Below are positions 42,906-54,400 of a stretch of DNA of 64,000 bases, piece after piece. The DNA lies in the NCBI GenBank assembly GCA_963745075.1, contig CAVUWV010000031.1:256001-320000 (forward strand). The letters run 5' to 3'. The stretch is from Candidatus Hydrogenedentota bacterium (lineage in GTDB: Bacteria > Hydrogenedentota > Hydrogenedentia > Hydrogenedentales > SLHB01). Both the position numbers and the translations under genes were made by a program. Below the pieces are notes generated by a model that saw only the letters and a list, made by a program, of their open reading frames with translations, did not search any database and was not told the DNA's origin. The number at the start of each line of letters is the position of its first letter. Positions within the stretch are counted from its first letter, which is position 1.

Positions 42906-45044
42906 ATGACCAAGAGGTCGCATTTCCTGATTATGCCTTTTGCAACGTTCGTAATCCTTATTGCCGCGACCCTTTATAGTGTGGGTTGCGGCGCCAACGA
43001 GCCCGCCTCGGGCGATGAGCCGGTAGCGCAGTCCGTAGCGGCATCGGAAGCGGCGGCCGCTGATCGGCAGCTCGCGTCTGCAAGCAACACCGGCGCCGAG
43101 CTGGCCGCGACCGAAAGTGCCGCCACAGCCGCTGCGCCTTCGCCAAAACTGGAGCCCAAAGGCCGGGTCATCATCCTGGGATTTGACGGGGTTGAACCCA
43201 GCATCGTGAAGACCATGATGGCAAACGGTGAACTGCCCAACCTGACCCGATTGCGGGATGAAGGCACGTTCAAACCGCTTAACACAGCGAACCCGCCACA
43301 GTCTCCGACCGCGTGGTCGTCGTTTACGACCTGCAAGTGGCCCGGCAACCACGGCATTTACGACTTTCTGCGCCGAAACCCGAGAACCTATTTGCCGGCC
43401 GTCGGGTTCGGGTCGCCTCATCACGCGGAACTCGCGCCGGACGGTTCCGAACGGGCGCCGGCGTATTTTGAAAGCATCCGAAAAGGCGAATCGTTCTGGA
43501 TGGCCGCGGACCAGCAGGGCGCGCGCTGCAAACTGCTCGTGGTGCCTTTTGCCTTTCCGGCCGAAGACTTGAGCCAGGGCTGCATGCTGTGCGGGCTGGG
43601 CGTGCCGGACATCCGGGGGACGACGAGCACGTTCTATGCGTTCTCGGACGAATTCACGCAGCAAAAGAGTGTATCCGGCGGCATCGAGTTTCCGCTGCAA
43701 CTTGATGGGGACACGGCGAAGGTCACCATTCCGGGCGCGCGAAATCCCTTGGTACGACGTTCGACAGAGCCGGGCGCGTATACCGAGACGGAGTTGGTGT
43801 TTACCGTCAATCGCGATGCCCACACTGTCGATATTAAGCTGCCCGAAGAAACGGTTACGGTAAAGGAAGGCGAATGGACCAAGTGGATTCAATGGACCTT
43901 CCAGGTCACGCCCAAGTTTACGGTGCACGCCATTAGCCGGTTCTACGTACTTCAGGCGGGCGATCATGTCCGTCTATATATGGCGTGTCTGCAGTACGAT
44001 CCGAAGGACCCGTACATTCGCATGAGCACGCCGGCCAATTACGCCGCGGAACTCGAAGATCGTTACGGGCTCTACAAAACCATCGGATGGATTTACGACA
44101 CCCATGCCCTGCGTCAGGACGCTTTGCTCGAGGACACGTTCCTGAAGGATACCCAGCAGACCATGGCGTTTCGCGAGCGGGTCACACTGGACGAACTGGA
44201 TCGCGGCGAGTTCGACATGCTGGTCTCGGCGTGGACGGCGACCGACCGGGTCGCGCATCTCTTCTGGCGGTTCCGGGATCCGAAACACCCGCTCTACACC
44301 GAAGAAGGGGCTAAGAAATACGGGCACGCCGTGGAAGACACGTATGCGAAGATGGACGAGATCGTGGGCAAGGCCATGGAGCGCGTGAAGGACGGCGATT
44401 TGCTGATGGTCTTGTCGGACCATGGGTTCCACAGTTTCCGCACGGGATTCAATGTGAACACATGGCTGATCCGCAACGGTTACCTCGCCGTCGAAGGCCA
44501 AACCGACGCGGCCACGGCAGTGAACGATCAGCCTTACCTGCAAGGCTACGATTGGTCGAAGTCCAAGGCCTACAGCCTGGGCCTGGGCAGCGTTTTCATT
44601 AACGAGAAAGGCCGTGAAGGCCAAGGCACGGTCGACCCGGCGGATGTCGAAGCGCTCATCGCAGAGATTCGCCAGAAACTGCTCGAGGTGACCGACCCGG
44701 AAACCGGTGACAAGATATTCCACGCCATCTATACGCGGGACGATTATCACGGTATCGCGTCCGGCGACGCCCCCGATATCCAATTGGGCTACGCGGAAGG
44801 GTATCAATCGACCAAGGATACTGTGAAGGGTTCGGCGCCCGAAGGATTGTTCGAACCGAACACGGACAAATGGAGCGGCGAGCATGCCAGTTCCGACGTA
44901 GCCTTGACGCCGGGGATCTTCCTCTGCAACATGAGCATCGGAGACAAGGAACCGCAGATTACCGACTTGGGTGTTACGGCGCTCCGCTATCTCGGCGCGA
45001 CAGTGCCGGACGATTTCCAGGGCAAGGACTTGCTCGCCGAGTAG
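42906..45044 (+). CDS. Alkaline phosphatase superfamily protein (nucleotide pyrophosphatase/phosphodiesterase), probable lipoprotein
   Basis: ILGFDG, PPQSPTAWSSFTT, DRVAH, LSDHGF, WSGEH. Lipobox SVGC. Confidence 0.88.
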   Translation: MTKRSHFLIMPFATFVILIAATLYSVGCGANEPASGDEPVAQSVAASEAAAADRQLASASNTGAELAATESAATAAAPSPKLEPKGRVIILGFDGVEPSIVKTMMANGELPNLTRLRDEGTFKPLNTANPPQSPTAWSSFTTCKWPGNHGIYDFLRRNPRTYLPAVGFGSPHHAELAPDGSERAPAYFESIRKGESFWMAADQQGARCKLLVVPFAFPAEDLSQGCMLCGLGVPDIRGTTSTFYAFSDEFTQQKSVSGGIEFPLQLDGDTAKVTIPGARNPLVRRSTEPGAYTETELVFTVNRDAHTVDIKLPEETVTVKEGEWTKWIQWTFQVTPKFTVHAISRFYVLQAGDHVRLYMACLQYDPKDPYIRMSTPANYAAELEDRYGLYKTIGWIYDTHALRQDALLEDTFLKDTQQTMAFRERVTLDELDRGEFDMLVSAWTATDRVAHLFWRFRDPKHPLYTEEGAKKYGHAVEDTYAKMDEIVGKAMERVKDGDLLMVLSDHGFHSFRTGFNVNTWLIRNGYLAVEGQTDAATAVNDQPYLQGYDWSKSKAYSLGLGSVFINEKGREGQGTVDPADVEALIAEIRQKLLEVTDPETGDKIFHAIYTRDDYHGIASGDAPDIQLGYAEGYQSTKDTVKGSAPEGLFEPNTDKWSGEHASSDVALTPGIFLCNMSIGDKEPQITDLGVTALRYLGATVPDDFQGKDLLAE

Positions 45045-45066
45045 AATCCCCGGATATCAGACTGAA

Positions 45067-45104
45067 ATCGCCCCTGGAGGGCCACTCCGGGGGTGATAGT
45101 TTTT
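45067..45104 (+). terminator. Probable terminator
   Basis: ATCGCCCCTGGAG/CTCCGGGGGTGAT stem (with G-U pairs) followed by AGTTTTT. Confidence 0.5.
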
Positions 45105-45142
45105 GAAAGCTGCACGCGCGTGCGCCGGGGCGGCGTTGTTGC

Positions 45143-45589
45143 CTACTCGAATTGCCCCAGCCGTTTCTTCAACGAATTAATGCGCGCGCGTAGCAATGCG
45201 AGTTGCTCGCAGCGGGCTTCGTCTCCCATCTGCTGCGCTTCCTCCGTCGCCGTTTCCAAGGACGCGACGAGCAGGTCCAACTGTTCGTTCATCTGTTCCG
45301 CCAACTGACGCTTGGTGGGGACGCGCGTCTCCAGGATCACGGACGGCCCAACGGAAACTCCTGCTTCCTCCATGGTTTTCGCACCGGCGGGATCGGCCGC
45401 AAGTCCAATGGGATCGAGCACCGTAAAAAGTTCGTGATTTCGTAAGAAGTCGAGCAAGTCGCGTTCGGATACATCCGCGGTCTCGGTGTCTCGATGAAGA
45501 TGACGAAGCAACCGGTCCAACGACACGACGGGGCGAGACACTTGCATTAGATATGCAAGGCATTTCTGCTCGACGGCTTCCAGATTCAT
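45143..45589 (-). CDS. Hypothetical protein
   Basis: ATGA-coupled to the GH38 stop, helical, 148 aa. Confidence 0.7.
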   Translation of the reverse strand: MNLEAVEQKCLAYLMQVSRPVVSLDRLLRHLHRDTETADVSERDLLDFLRNHELFTVLDPIGLAADPAGAKTMEEAGVSVGPSVILETRVPTKRQLAEQMNEQLDLLVASLETATEEAQQMGDEARCEQLALLRARINSLKKRLGQFE

Positions 45590-48036
45590 CGCGTTTCCCG
45601 AATGGGCTCCTCGAGAAGGTTGACTTCCACCGCCTTGCCGGTCTTCGGATCGATGCGCAAGGTCTTGATTTCGTGAGGCGCGAAGGTACACGAGATCGGC
45701 TGGTCGATGCCGGGTACGTGGATCGGCGCCTTCGCCCTTTTTCCCGCGGTTTCATATCCTCGGACGACAACGTCTTCACCGTCCTCGCTCTGTTTCAGTA
45801 CGCTGAGTACCACATGGTCGGAGTCTGCGGACAACCCGTCGAACGAGGATGGCAACGTGCCGCCATGCGCCGATTCCACGTGCACCCTGCACGGCGCATT
45901 CAGCGCCCATGCTTTGCGCACGACATCCGCCTTCGCCCAGCCTCCGGCGTGCGGCACAAGCCGAATGCGGATCGTGTGCCAACCTTGATCCATGATCGGG
46001 AAGGGTTGCGACGCGTCGTATCGCGCCGGGTCGTGATGGGCATACGCGGGACTGCGCAGGAGCGTGACCCGCATGGCTCCATTCAATACGTCAAATCCAT
46101 ACTTGCAGTCGTTGAGCGCCGCCAATCCATAACGATTGCCCTCGATCTCGCCGGTCAAGTCAAACCACATCTGGCCGGGATCTTCGTGCCCTTTTGTGCC
46201 GCGCTCCTGGTGCCCGTAGGCGGTGTCATAGGTTGCGGCACCGTTCGCGATGGCCGTTTCATAGGCGAGTTTCAGCATGGTGTGACGTTCCTGCCAGTTG
46301 ACCCGGAACAGGCAGTCGATAGCGCCGGTAGCCCGATACAGCGTAACGAATTGTTCCGCGAACGAATCCCCAAACGTGGATTGAACGCGCACGGTTGCCC
46401 GAACATCGCCGAGTTCCAGCAACTCGAGACTGGCCTTACCAAACCGTCCCGCTTCGGTGCGATAGGTTTCGTATCCATGTCCCCACGTGTCGGAGGGATC
46501 GACCATCGCCGCCAGGACGTTGCCTTTCTTCAGCACCTCGATGCCCTGCTTGCGGTCATGCAACCGGCACAGATGCCCGTCGTTGGGGTCGAGTTCGAGC
46601 CGCCACCAGCGGTTTTCCAGGTAGTCCCGGCCCGCATTCAATTTGCCTTCGGTCTTGACCTTCTTCGCGCCGCTGCGCAGGTGATAACACCGGTATCCCA
46701 AGGCCGGCACGTCGGCGGTAAACGTATACGCTTCGCTCCCGATGCGCTCGTCGGCTACGGTCTGGATGGGAACCGTTTTCTCGTCGGAATCAACGAGGTG
46801 CAGCGGTTTGGCGAGCGTTCGCGCGGCGATCGGGGGCGCGGTCACGACTTCCGTGACCGGCCAGGGAAGCGGATTAAAGACGACGATTGTATTCCCCTTG
46901 GCGGAAGTATCGATATATCGCGCCAATAGCTGGGTGGACTCGTTTGTGATGAAGTTGGCGGCATATTTCGCACCGCCGACCTGGTCTCGGCTGTCTTCGT
47001 AGGAAGACTCGAGACTCGTGCCGGCGAGGATGTCGTGAAACTGGTTGTACAACAGATCCTTCCATGCCCGCTCCAGATGGTCCTTCGGATAGGCATGACC
47101 GAACAGCAACCATGTCATGGTGGCGAAACGCTCCGCGGTCATTAAGGCCTGCTCAGTATGGCGGTTCAAGCGTTTGATCTCGGCGTGCGTCGTGTAACAG
47201 CCCTGCGCGTGGTGCTGCAAATCGGTCTTGATTACCGGGACCTTCTTTGCCGAAGTCGATGACAGGAAACCGTCAAAGTACGCGTGCAGCGTCGAAAACA
47301 TTGCCTTGGGTGCGTTCTTGTCCTCTTGCGTTTCCAGAATCTGCGCGATGGCTGCCTTGGTCGGGCCACCGCCGTGGTTCCCCACGCCATAGAAACCGAG
47401 CACGTGGGTCTGCCCGGGGTTCAGCCGCGGATGGGCCGCAAGAATCTCGATGCGCTCGCGGGTATTCGCGTCGGCGCTGTAATCATCCTGAAGATTGCAC
47501 GCCAGGATGCGCGATCCGTCGCGGGCTTCCCAGTAGAAGGTCGTGCCTTCGGGATACTGCATCTCGATGATGGGCATGGGGCGCATATAGGCGTAGCTGT
47601 CAATTCCCATCTTCCGGTAGATCTGGGGAAAGGTGCCCGCGTGGCCAAAGCTGTCGGGATTGAAGCCGACGGTCGCGCGCATGCCGAATTCCTGCTGGAA
47701 GAACCGCTGCCCGTACAGCCCTTGCCGGACGAAGGACTCGCCGCAGGGAATGTTGCAGTCCGGTTCGATCCACCAACCGCCGGCGATTTCCCAACGGCCT
47801 TCCGCAACCCGCTTGCGAATCGCTTCAAAGAGTTCCGGATCGCAGGATTTGACCCAGTCGTAAAAGCACGCGCTGCTCGCCGTGAACTTGAATTCCGGCG
47901 TTTCGTTCATCCGGTCCAGCGCACTCCGAAAGGTCGCGCGAACCTCTTCGTATCCTTCGGTCCATCGCCACAGCCACGTTGGATCGATGTGACCGTGGCC
48001 AACCATGTGCACCGTGATGCTCTTGGGATCCTTCAA
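45586..48036 (-). CDS. Alpha-mannosidase, GH38
   Basis: HMVGHGHIDPTWLW, GGWWIEPDCNIPCGESFVRQ, PDSFGH, GVGNHGGGPT, NQFHDILAG. TTG start with AGGAG. Confidence 0.95.
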   Translation of the reverse strand: MKDPKSITVHMVGHGHIDPTWLWRWTEGYEEVRATFRSALDRMNETPEFKFTASSACFYDWVKSCDPELFEAIRKRVAEGRWEIAGGWWIEPDCNIPCGESFVRQGLYGQRFFQQEFGMRATVGFNPDSFGHAGTFPQIYRKMGIDSYAYMRPMPIIEMQYPEGTTFYWEARDGSRILACNLQDDYSADANTRERIEILAAHPRLNPGQTHVLGFYGVGNHGGGPTKAAIAQILETQEDKNAPKAMFSTLHAYFDGFLSSTSAKKVPVIKTDLQHHAQGCYTTHAEIKRLNRHTEQALMTAERFATMTWLLFGHAYPKDHLERAWKDLLYNQFHDILAGTSLESSYEDSRDQVGGAKYAANFITNESTQLLARYIDTSAKGNTIVVFNPLPWPVTEVVTAPPIAARTLAKPLHLVDSDEKTVPIQTVADERIGSEAYTFTADVPALGYRCYHLRSGAKKVKTEGKLNAGRDYLENRWWRLELDPNDGHLCRLHDRKQGIEVLKKGNVLAAMVDPSDTWGHGYETYRTEAGRFGKASLELLELGDVRATVRVQSTFGDSFAEQFVTLYRATGAIDCLFRVNWQERHTMLKLAYETAIANGAATYDTAYGHQERGTKGHEDPGQMWFDLTGEIEGNRYGLAALNDCKYGFDVLNGAMRVTLLRSPAYAHHDPARYDASQPFPIMDQGWHTIRIRLVPHAGGWAKADVVRKAWALNAPCRVHVESAHGGTLPSSFDGLSADSDHVVLSVLKQSEDGEDVVVRGYETAGKRAKAPIHVPGIDQPISCTFAPHEIKTLRIDPKTGKAVEVNLLEEPIRETR

Positions 48037-48090
48037 TGGAAACTCCTATTCTTCTCGAATTCGCAATGGCCCGGCTACTTCCGCTCTCAC

Positions 48091-48824
48091 CTAAATCCCC
48101 CGCTCCAGGAACTTCTTCCGCTGCTCCTCGATAAAGTCATGGCCGCTGACGTGAACGCTGCGGAATATCGAGGGATTGACGCCCAACTCCTGCAACCGTT
48201 CCACCGCTTCGGCGTGGATAGCCCAATACACGTACGTTGCCGCGAGCCCGCTCATGGGGCACATGGGTTCGTTGTCGCGAACCGGCACGGCCGCATCGCC
48301 GAAGGGCCCGCAGGTGTCGATGCAGAAGTCGGCGACGTCAAAGAGCTTTTTGCCGCTGGGATGGGCGGCATCACACCGCTTCATTTGATCGCGCGACGAG
48401 ATGCCGATGGTGGTGATGCTTCGGCCCTTGCACTGGAGGGCGACTTCGATCACATTCGAGGTCCGGCCGGAATTAGAATTGATGATGAGCACGTCGCCCG
48501 ATCGCATTTTACTCTGATTCAGAGCCAATGTGGCGGCCTGTTTTTCCAGTGCCGCAAGTTGCTTCGGGGTTCGCTCGACCTTTCGTTGATCGATCGGGTT
48601 GTCCAGCGTCAGTTCGTAGGAAAACGGCGCTACGGCAAGCATCCCCCGGCGCGAAAGAACGCTTCGTAGCGGAGCATGTGGCCCGTGTCCATGATCAACA
48701 AGGCGCCGCGGTTGCTGAGGCTGCGCGCGACCGCGTCTGCCGCCTCGCGAATCGCGTCTAGTTGGGTCTCGCGGATTTTCGCAAAAACACCTTCCACCCG
48801 CTCGAAGTACGTGTCGAGATACAC
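48091..48824 (-). CDS. SIS-domain sugar isomerase-like protein (frameshift in a G run near 48645)
   Basis: DTGHM, RAGG, GDVLIINSNSGR, HPSGKKL, GPFGDA, IFRS. Confidence 0.85.
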
Positions 48825-48826
48825 CG

Positions 48827-49744
48827 CTACTGATTCCTTCCGTGTTCGCGCACGAGGATCCGGATGATTCCCTGCGCGGGTTCGGCGGCTTCTGGATAAA
48901 TCTCAAAACGTGCCGACGCTTTCCGCAGCGTCCGTTTCAGCGAGGCCAACACCGGTTTCCCGGCATGGAACACGCCGCCCGTGAGCACCAACGGAACGGG
49001 GCCCTTCCTGACGCGCGCCTTGCGCACGGTCGCCAGCACCAACTCACCCAAGGCGCGGCCCGCATCGCACAAGATTCTCTTGGCCACCGCGTCGCCCTCA
49101 GCCGCACCCGCGATCACGACCGGCACACACGCGGCGACCCGGGGTCCCGGCACGTGTCCGCTACGGTCGCAAAGCCTAAGGATACGCCACATGGCGTCCA
49201 GTTCGTAGAATCCTCGGAGCCGCTCCAACAAGACCGTCGAAGGACCTTGCGCGGTGTCGGCCCGCATCGCGGCTGCGATGGCCTCCTTACCAATCCAGTA
49301 CCCGCTGCCTTCGTCGCCGAATTGCGGTCCCAAACCACCACACATGACAGTCGCGCCGCCACGAGACAGGAACCGGCAACTGGAGCCGGTCCCGGCCACC
49401 AGCGACACGCCCCAGTCGAGATCGTACAACGCAAGTGCAATGTCGGCCTCACTCAACCACGCGAAGGCAACGTCACCAAAGGCTTCGCGAATCAACGACT
49501 CCACCAACGCCTGGTCCATGGGCGCCGCCAATCCGGCGCGGACCACTTCGCCGTCCTCGCGCTTCGCCGCTCTTTGCAGCCTCTTCAAAAGCCCGCGCAT
49601 GGACCGCGCATATTCCTTGGGGTGAATGTAGAGAGCGCTCGAGGTTCCCCCCGTCTCCGCCTTCAGAATCGTGCCGTCGGTGTCCGCCAGCAGCATGCGC
49701 GTCTTGGTGCCGCCGCCTTCGTAGGCGAGGAATAGGTCTTTCAT
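48827..49744 (-). CDS. BadF/BadG/BcrA/BcrD-type sugar (N-acetylglucosamine-like) kinase
   Basis: EGGGTKT, LVAGTGS, GGLGPQFGDEGSGYWIG, LTGGVF. Confidence 0.88.
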   Translation of the reverse strand: MKDLFLAYEGGGTKTRMLLADTDGTILKAETGGTSSALYIHPKEYARSMRGLLKRLQRAAKREDGEVVRAGLAAPMDQALVESLIREAFGDVAFAWLSEADIALALYDLDWGVSLVAGTGSSCRFLSRGGATVMCGGLGPQFGDEGSGYWIGKEAIAAAMRADTAQGPSTVLLERLRGFYELDAMWRILRLCDRSGHVPGPRVAACVPVVIAGAAEGDAVAKRILCDAGRALGELVLATVRKARVRKGPVPLVLTGGVFHAGKPVLASLKRTLRKASARFEIYPEAAEPAQGIIRILVREHGRNQ

Positions 49745-49872
49745 GGCGCGGAACGTTACCCTGCTTGGTTGCGCGACGGTCCATAGCTGTCGCGATTGGA
49801 GCGGAGGATCGCGCGAATTGTAGGCGAGGAGAGTCTGAAATTCAAAGAATCAGACGTTCGTGCGGAAAGATG

Positions 49873-51474
49873 CTATGGCGTTGCGGGCGGTTCCGTCTCC
49901 TCGTTTTCCCATCCTCCGCCCAGGGCTTTGTACAACGCGATGAGGTCGGTCAGCACGAAGCCCTCGCTGCGCACCAGTTCATCCTGGGACAAGAAGAGCT
50001 GCTGCTGCGCCTGGAGCACGTTGAGAAATCCTTCCAACCCCCGGACGTAGCGTTCGTTCGCAAGACGCACGGCGTCCTGGTTGGCTTTGACCGACTTTTC
50101 AAGTGATTCTCGCCGAACCTGCTCCTGCGCGAACGATACCAGACCGTTTTCCACTTCTTCCAGGGCAAGCAGGATGGACTGCTCGTAATTGGTCGCGGCT
50201 TGTTCTTGTCGGGCCGTTTCCACGTCGATATTCGCTCGAATGCGGCCGCCTTCGAAAATCGGCCAGTTTACGCTCGGTCCGAAAGACCAGATCTGGTTCG
50301 CCCCGTTTAACAGATCCTCCAAGGTGTCGCTGCGCCCGCCGAAGGCGCCGGTCAGATAGAATTTCGGGTACAGGTCGGACACGGCGACGCCGATCCGCGC
50401 GGTGGCCGCAGCGACTTCGCGTTCGGCCTGGCGAATGTCGGGACGGCGGCGCAGCAGATCCGAGGGGAGGCCGACGGGCACGTGATCGGGGGCCGTGGGC
50501 ATCGGCTCCGTCTTTTCCAGTTGATCCTTCAAGGCCCCGGGCGCCTTCCCGAGAAGCACGGCGAGACGGTGCATCGAAGCGGCGATTTGCGTTTCGAGCA
50601 ACGGCACTTGGGATTGGGTAGATGCCAGTTGGGCCTGGGCCCGAACCACATCCAGCTCGCTGGTCAACCCGGCGTCAAATCGGGCCGTTGTTATATCCAC
50701 GGTACCGGACTGGGCGTCGATATTGTTCTGCGTGATTTCCAACCGGCGCTGTGCCGCGCGCAACTCGATGTAGTTGCGGGCCACCTCCGAGACGACCGAT
50801 ACCAAAACGTCGCGCCGGGAATCGTCCGTGGCTTCGAGGGTCGCGTCAGCGGCTTCCACCGCGCGACGGTTGCCGCCAAAAACGTCAAGTTCCCACCGGG
50901 CATCAAATCCGGTCTGGAACAGGTCGGTCTGTCGGTCCGGCAGACCCTGGGGTTTGCCCGGTGTCAGCGACCCGCTGGTAGAACGCGTCGGCTGGTTACC
51001 CGACCCGTCGTTGGTACTGGATCGCGTGAGGGAGCCGTTCTGGCCACGCACGGTGACGCTGCGCGTGACTCCTTGCGGGCCATTGTTAATGCCAATTGAC
51101 ACCGGCGAACCGGTCTGTGGCGTATCCTGTTTTACGGCTTGGTTGCGCGTATAGGAACTCGAGACGCCGATGTTCGGCAACAATGCGGACGCCGCAACGC
51201 CCCGCGCGGCGCGGGCCTCACGGACCCGGGCTTCCGCCATGGCGAGGTCCAGATTCGCATTGACGCCCTCGGTGACGAGTTCGTTCAAGACCGGGTCGCC
51301 CAGGGTCGTCCACCATTCCGTAACGGTGACCGGCTTGTCCTCCGTGCCGCCTTCGCGCGGGGACGACCACTCTGCGGGCGTTTCGCTGTCCGGCCGAACA
51401 TAATCCGGACCCGTCATGCAGCCCGAGATCATAACGCCGGCAATAAAAGGCAGTAAGAAGGCTTGTTTACGCAT
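49873..51474 (-). CDS. RND efflux outer-membrane lipoprotein (NodT/OprM family)
   Basis: Lipobox ISGC, GPDYVRP, WW..LGDP.L, WELDVFG, PVGLPSDLLRRRPDI, LYKALGGGW. Confidence 0.95.
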   Translation of the reverse strand: MRKQAFLLPFIAGVMISGCMTGPDYVRPDSETPAEWSSPREGGTEDKPVTVTEWWTTLGDPVLNELVTEGVNANLDLAMAEARVREARAARGVAASALLPNIGVSSSYTRNQAVKQDTPQTGSPVSIGINNGPQGVTRSVTVRGQNGSLTRSSTNDGSGNQPTRSTSGSLTPGKPQGLPDRQTDLFQTGFDARWELDVFGGNRRAVEAADATLEATDDSRRDVLVSVVSEVARNYIELRAAQRRLEITQNNIDAQSGTVDITTARFDAGLTSELDVVRAQAQLASTQSQVPLLETQIAASMHRLAVLLGKAPGALKDQLEKTEPMPTAPDHVPVGLPSDLLRRRPDIRQAEREVAAATARIGVAVSDLYPKFYLTGAFGGRSDTLEDLLNGANQIWSFGPSVNWPIFEGGRIRANIDVETARQEQAATNYEQSILLALEEVENGLVSFAQEQVRRESLEKSVKANQDAVRLANERYVRGLEGFLNVLQAQQQLFLSQDELVRSEGFVLTDLIALYKALGGGWENEETEPPATP

Positions 51475-54400
51475 GGTCGGTGGCTCCCGGGTCCGTGTCG
51501 TGATGCTTCTTCCACGGACGGAACTCGCTAAGGGCCTGAATGATGACAAAGAAGAGCGGCACAAAAACGACCGCGAGGAACGTGGCCGCGAGCATGCCGC
51601 CCATGACGCCCGTGCCGATCGAATGGCGCCCCGCCGCGCCAGCGCCCTGGCTGTGTACAAGGGGCAATACGCCGAGGATGAAGGCCAGCGACGTCATTAC
51701 GATCGGTCGCAGCCGGAGCCGTGCGGCTTCCACCGCCGACTCGACGATACCATGGCCCTGTTCCCGCAACACGGAACAGAACTCGACAATCAGAATGGCG
51801 TTCTTGGCGGCGAGACCAATCAGGGTCAGCAACCCGATCTGGAAATAGATGTCCCGTTCTATGCCGCGGATGTACACGGCCGCGACCGCGCCAAACACGC
51901 CAAACGGCACTGCCAGCAACACGGCGAAGGGCAGCGACCATTTCTCATATTGCGCGGCAAGCACGAGAAAGACGACAACCAAACCAAAGGCAATCACGTA
52001 GGGCGCCTGGTTGCCCGCTTTGACCTCCTGGTAGGAAGCCCCGCTCCAATCAATGCCATAACCGGCCGGCAAGACCTGGTCCGCCAATTCGCGGAGACGT
52101 TGTATGGCCTGCCCGGTACTGTCACCTTCGGCGGGCGCGCCCGTGATTTGCACGGAAGGAAAACTGTTGAACCGGCTGACGACGTTGGGACCGGATTGGA
52201 ACTTCACGTCCAGTACGCCGGATAGCTCGACCATGTCCCCGGCGGCGTTTCGAACGAAGATTTTGCGGATGTCGTCCGGCCGGTCGCGGAACTGCGATTC
52301 GGCCTGCAACTGCACGCGGTAGATGCGGCCGTACTTGTTGAAATCGTTCACGTAGAGCGCACCCAGGTACGCCTGAAGGCTGTTGAAGATGTCCGTGATC
52401 GGCAGCCCCATGGCCTTGGCGCGCGTGCGGTCCAGGTCCACGTAGAGTTGGGGCTGATTTACGTTCAACACGCCGGACACGCCCACGAACATGGGATCCT
52501 GTCGCAACTTGGCAAGGAAGTCGTTGGTCACCTGAGCGAGCTTGCGCTCGTCGCTGATGCCACGGCTTTCGAGTTGCATTTCGAACCCGGCGCGCAGTCC
52601 CAAACCGCGGATGGCGGGCGGATTGAAGGCGATCACGGTTGCCTCCTTCATGCCCGCGAATCGCCCGAATACGCGACCGATAATGGCATTCACGTTCTTG
52701 TCCGGCGTACGTCGCTCCGACCAGTCTTTGAGATTGATGAACATGGCGCCCGCGCTGGTGCTGGCGGACCGGCCGGCCAGAAAGTCCTGACCGCCCAACG
52801 TGACGACGCGCGCGATTTCGGGTTGTTGCAGCAGAAACTTCTCGACTTCCGCCATGACTTTACTTGTGCGTTCGAGGGATGCCCCCTGCGGCAAGGAAAC
52901 GGCGACCATGAAGTACCCTTGGTCTTCCTGCGGGATAAACGCACTCGGTACGCGCTCGAATAGGTCGAACGTGGCCCAGATGAGAATGCCGAAAATGAGA
53001 ATCGACACGACTCCCAACTTGATCGCGAGCCGGACCGTCCGCGTGTAGGCTTTCGTTCCTGCAAGGAAGAAACGGTCGAACCACCGGAACACGAACAACT
53101 TCTTCTCTTGCGGCTTGAGTAACAACCGGCAAAGGGCGGGACTGAGAGTCAGCGCGATCAACCCGGAAATGGCTACGGAGATGGAGATGGTCACTGCAAA
53201 CTGCCGGTACATGACGCCCGTCAACCCGCCCAGAAACGCGACAGGGAGATACACGGCGGACAAGACCAGCACGATGGCGATAATGGGACCCGTCACCTGG
53301 TCCATGGCTTTGATCGTCGCTTCCCGGACGGCCAAGCCTTCTTCGTGCATGATGCGTTCGACGTTCTCGACGACGACGATGGCGTCGTCCACGACGATAC
53401 CGATGGCAAGTACGAGGCCGAACAGAGTCAGCGAGTTGATGGAGAATCCGAGGGCCAGCATGCCGGTGAACGTTCCGACGATGGCGACGGGCACGGCCAG
53501 CATGGGTATCAGCGTGGCGCGCCAACTGCCAAGAAAGATAAACACGACAAGAACCACCAGCATAACCGCTTCGAAGAAGGTTTTCGAGACCTCGCGAATG
53601 GACACTTCGATGAACTTCGTCGTGTCGAAGGGGATGTCATAGGAAACCCCTTCCGGGAAGCTGGTTTTCAGTCCTTCCAACGCGTTTTGCAGGCCCACCA
53701 TCGTGCTTAACGCGTTGGCGTCGGGTTGCAGGAAAGCGAGGATAAACGTGGTCGGCTTGCCATTGAGGCGGCCGAACGCGTCGTAGCTCAGGGAACCCAA
53801 TTCGACTCGACCCACGTCGCGGATTCGCAGCAAGGACCCGTCAGGTTCCGCACGGAGGATGATATCTTCGAACTGCTCGGGCTCGTCGAGGCGTCCCCGC
53901 GTGATGACGGGGATGGTGAACTCGACGCCTTCCGGCGACGGCGCCGCCCCGATTCGGCCCGCCGCGTATAAGCCATTCTGCTCGCGAACGGCGGCGGCCA
54001 CGTCCGTGACGGTCAGGTTCTTGGCCGCGAGCTTGTCGGGGTTGAGCCAAATCCGCATGGAATAGTCTTTCGCCCCGAAAACGGACACGTCGCCGACTCC
54101 CGGCACGCGTTTGAGGGTGTCCAGCATGTAGATGGTGGCGTAGTTGCTCAGGTACAGGTCGTCGTATTGCGGATCGTCTGAATTGAGCGCCACGACACCG
54201 AGAATGTTGTTGGATCGCTTGTCGACGGAAATTCCCTGGCGGATGACCTCTTGCGGCAGACGCGGCTCCGCTCGCTTGAGGCGGTTTTGTACTTCAACCG
54301 CAGCGATGTCCAGGTCCGACCCGATTTCGAAGGTGCAGGTAATCGTCAATCCGCCGTCATTCGCGCTTTGCGATTCGTAATAGAGCAGATTCTCGATACC

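Noticed and set aside
45553..48669. Long plus-strand ORFs (458 and 461 aa)
   Set aside because: Antisense shadows of GH38/SIS in GC-rich DNA, with no motifs.
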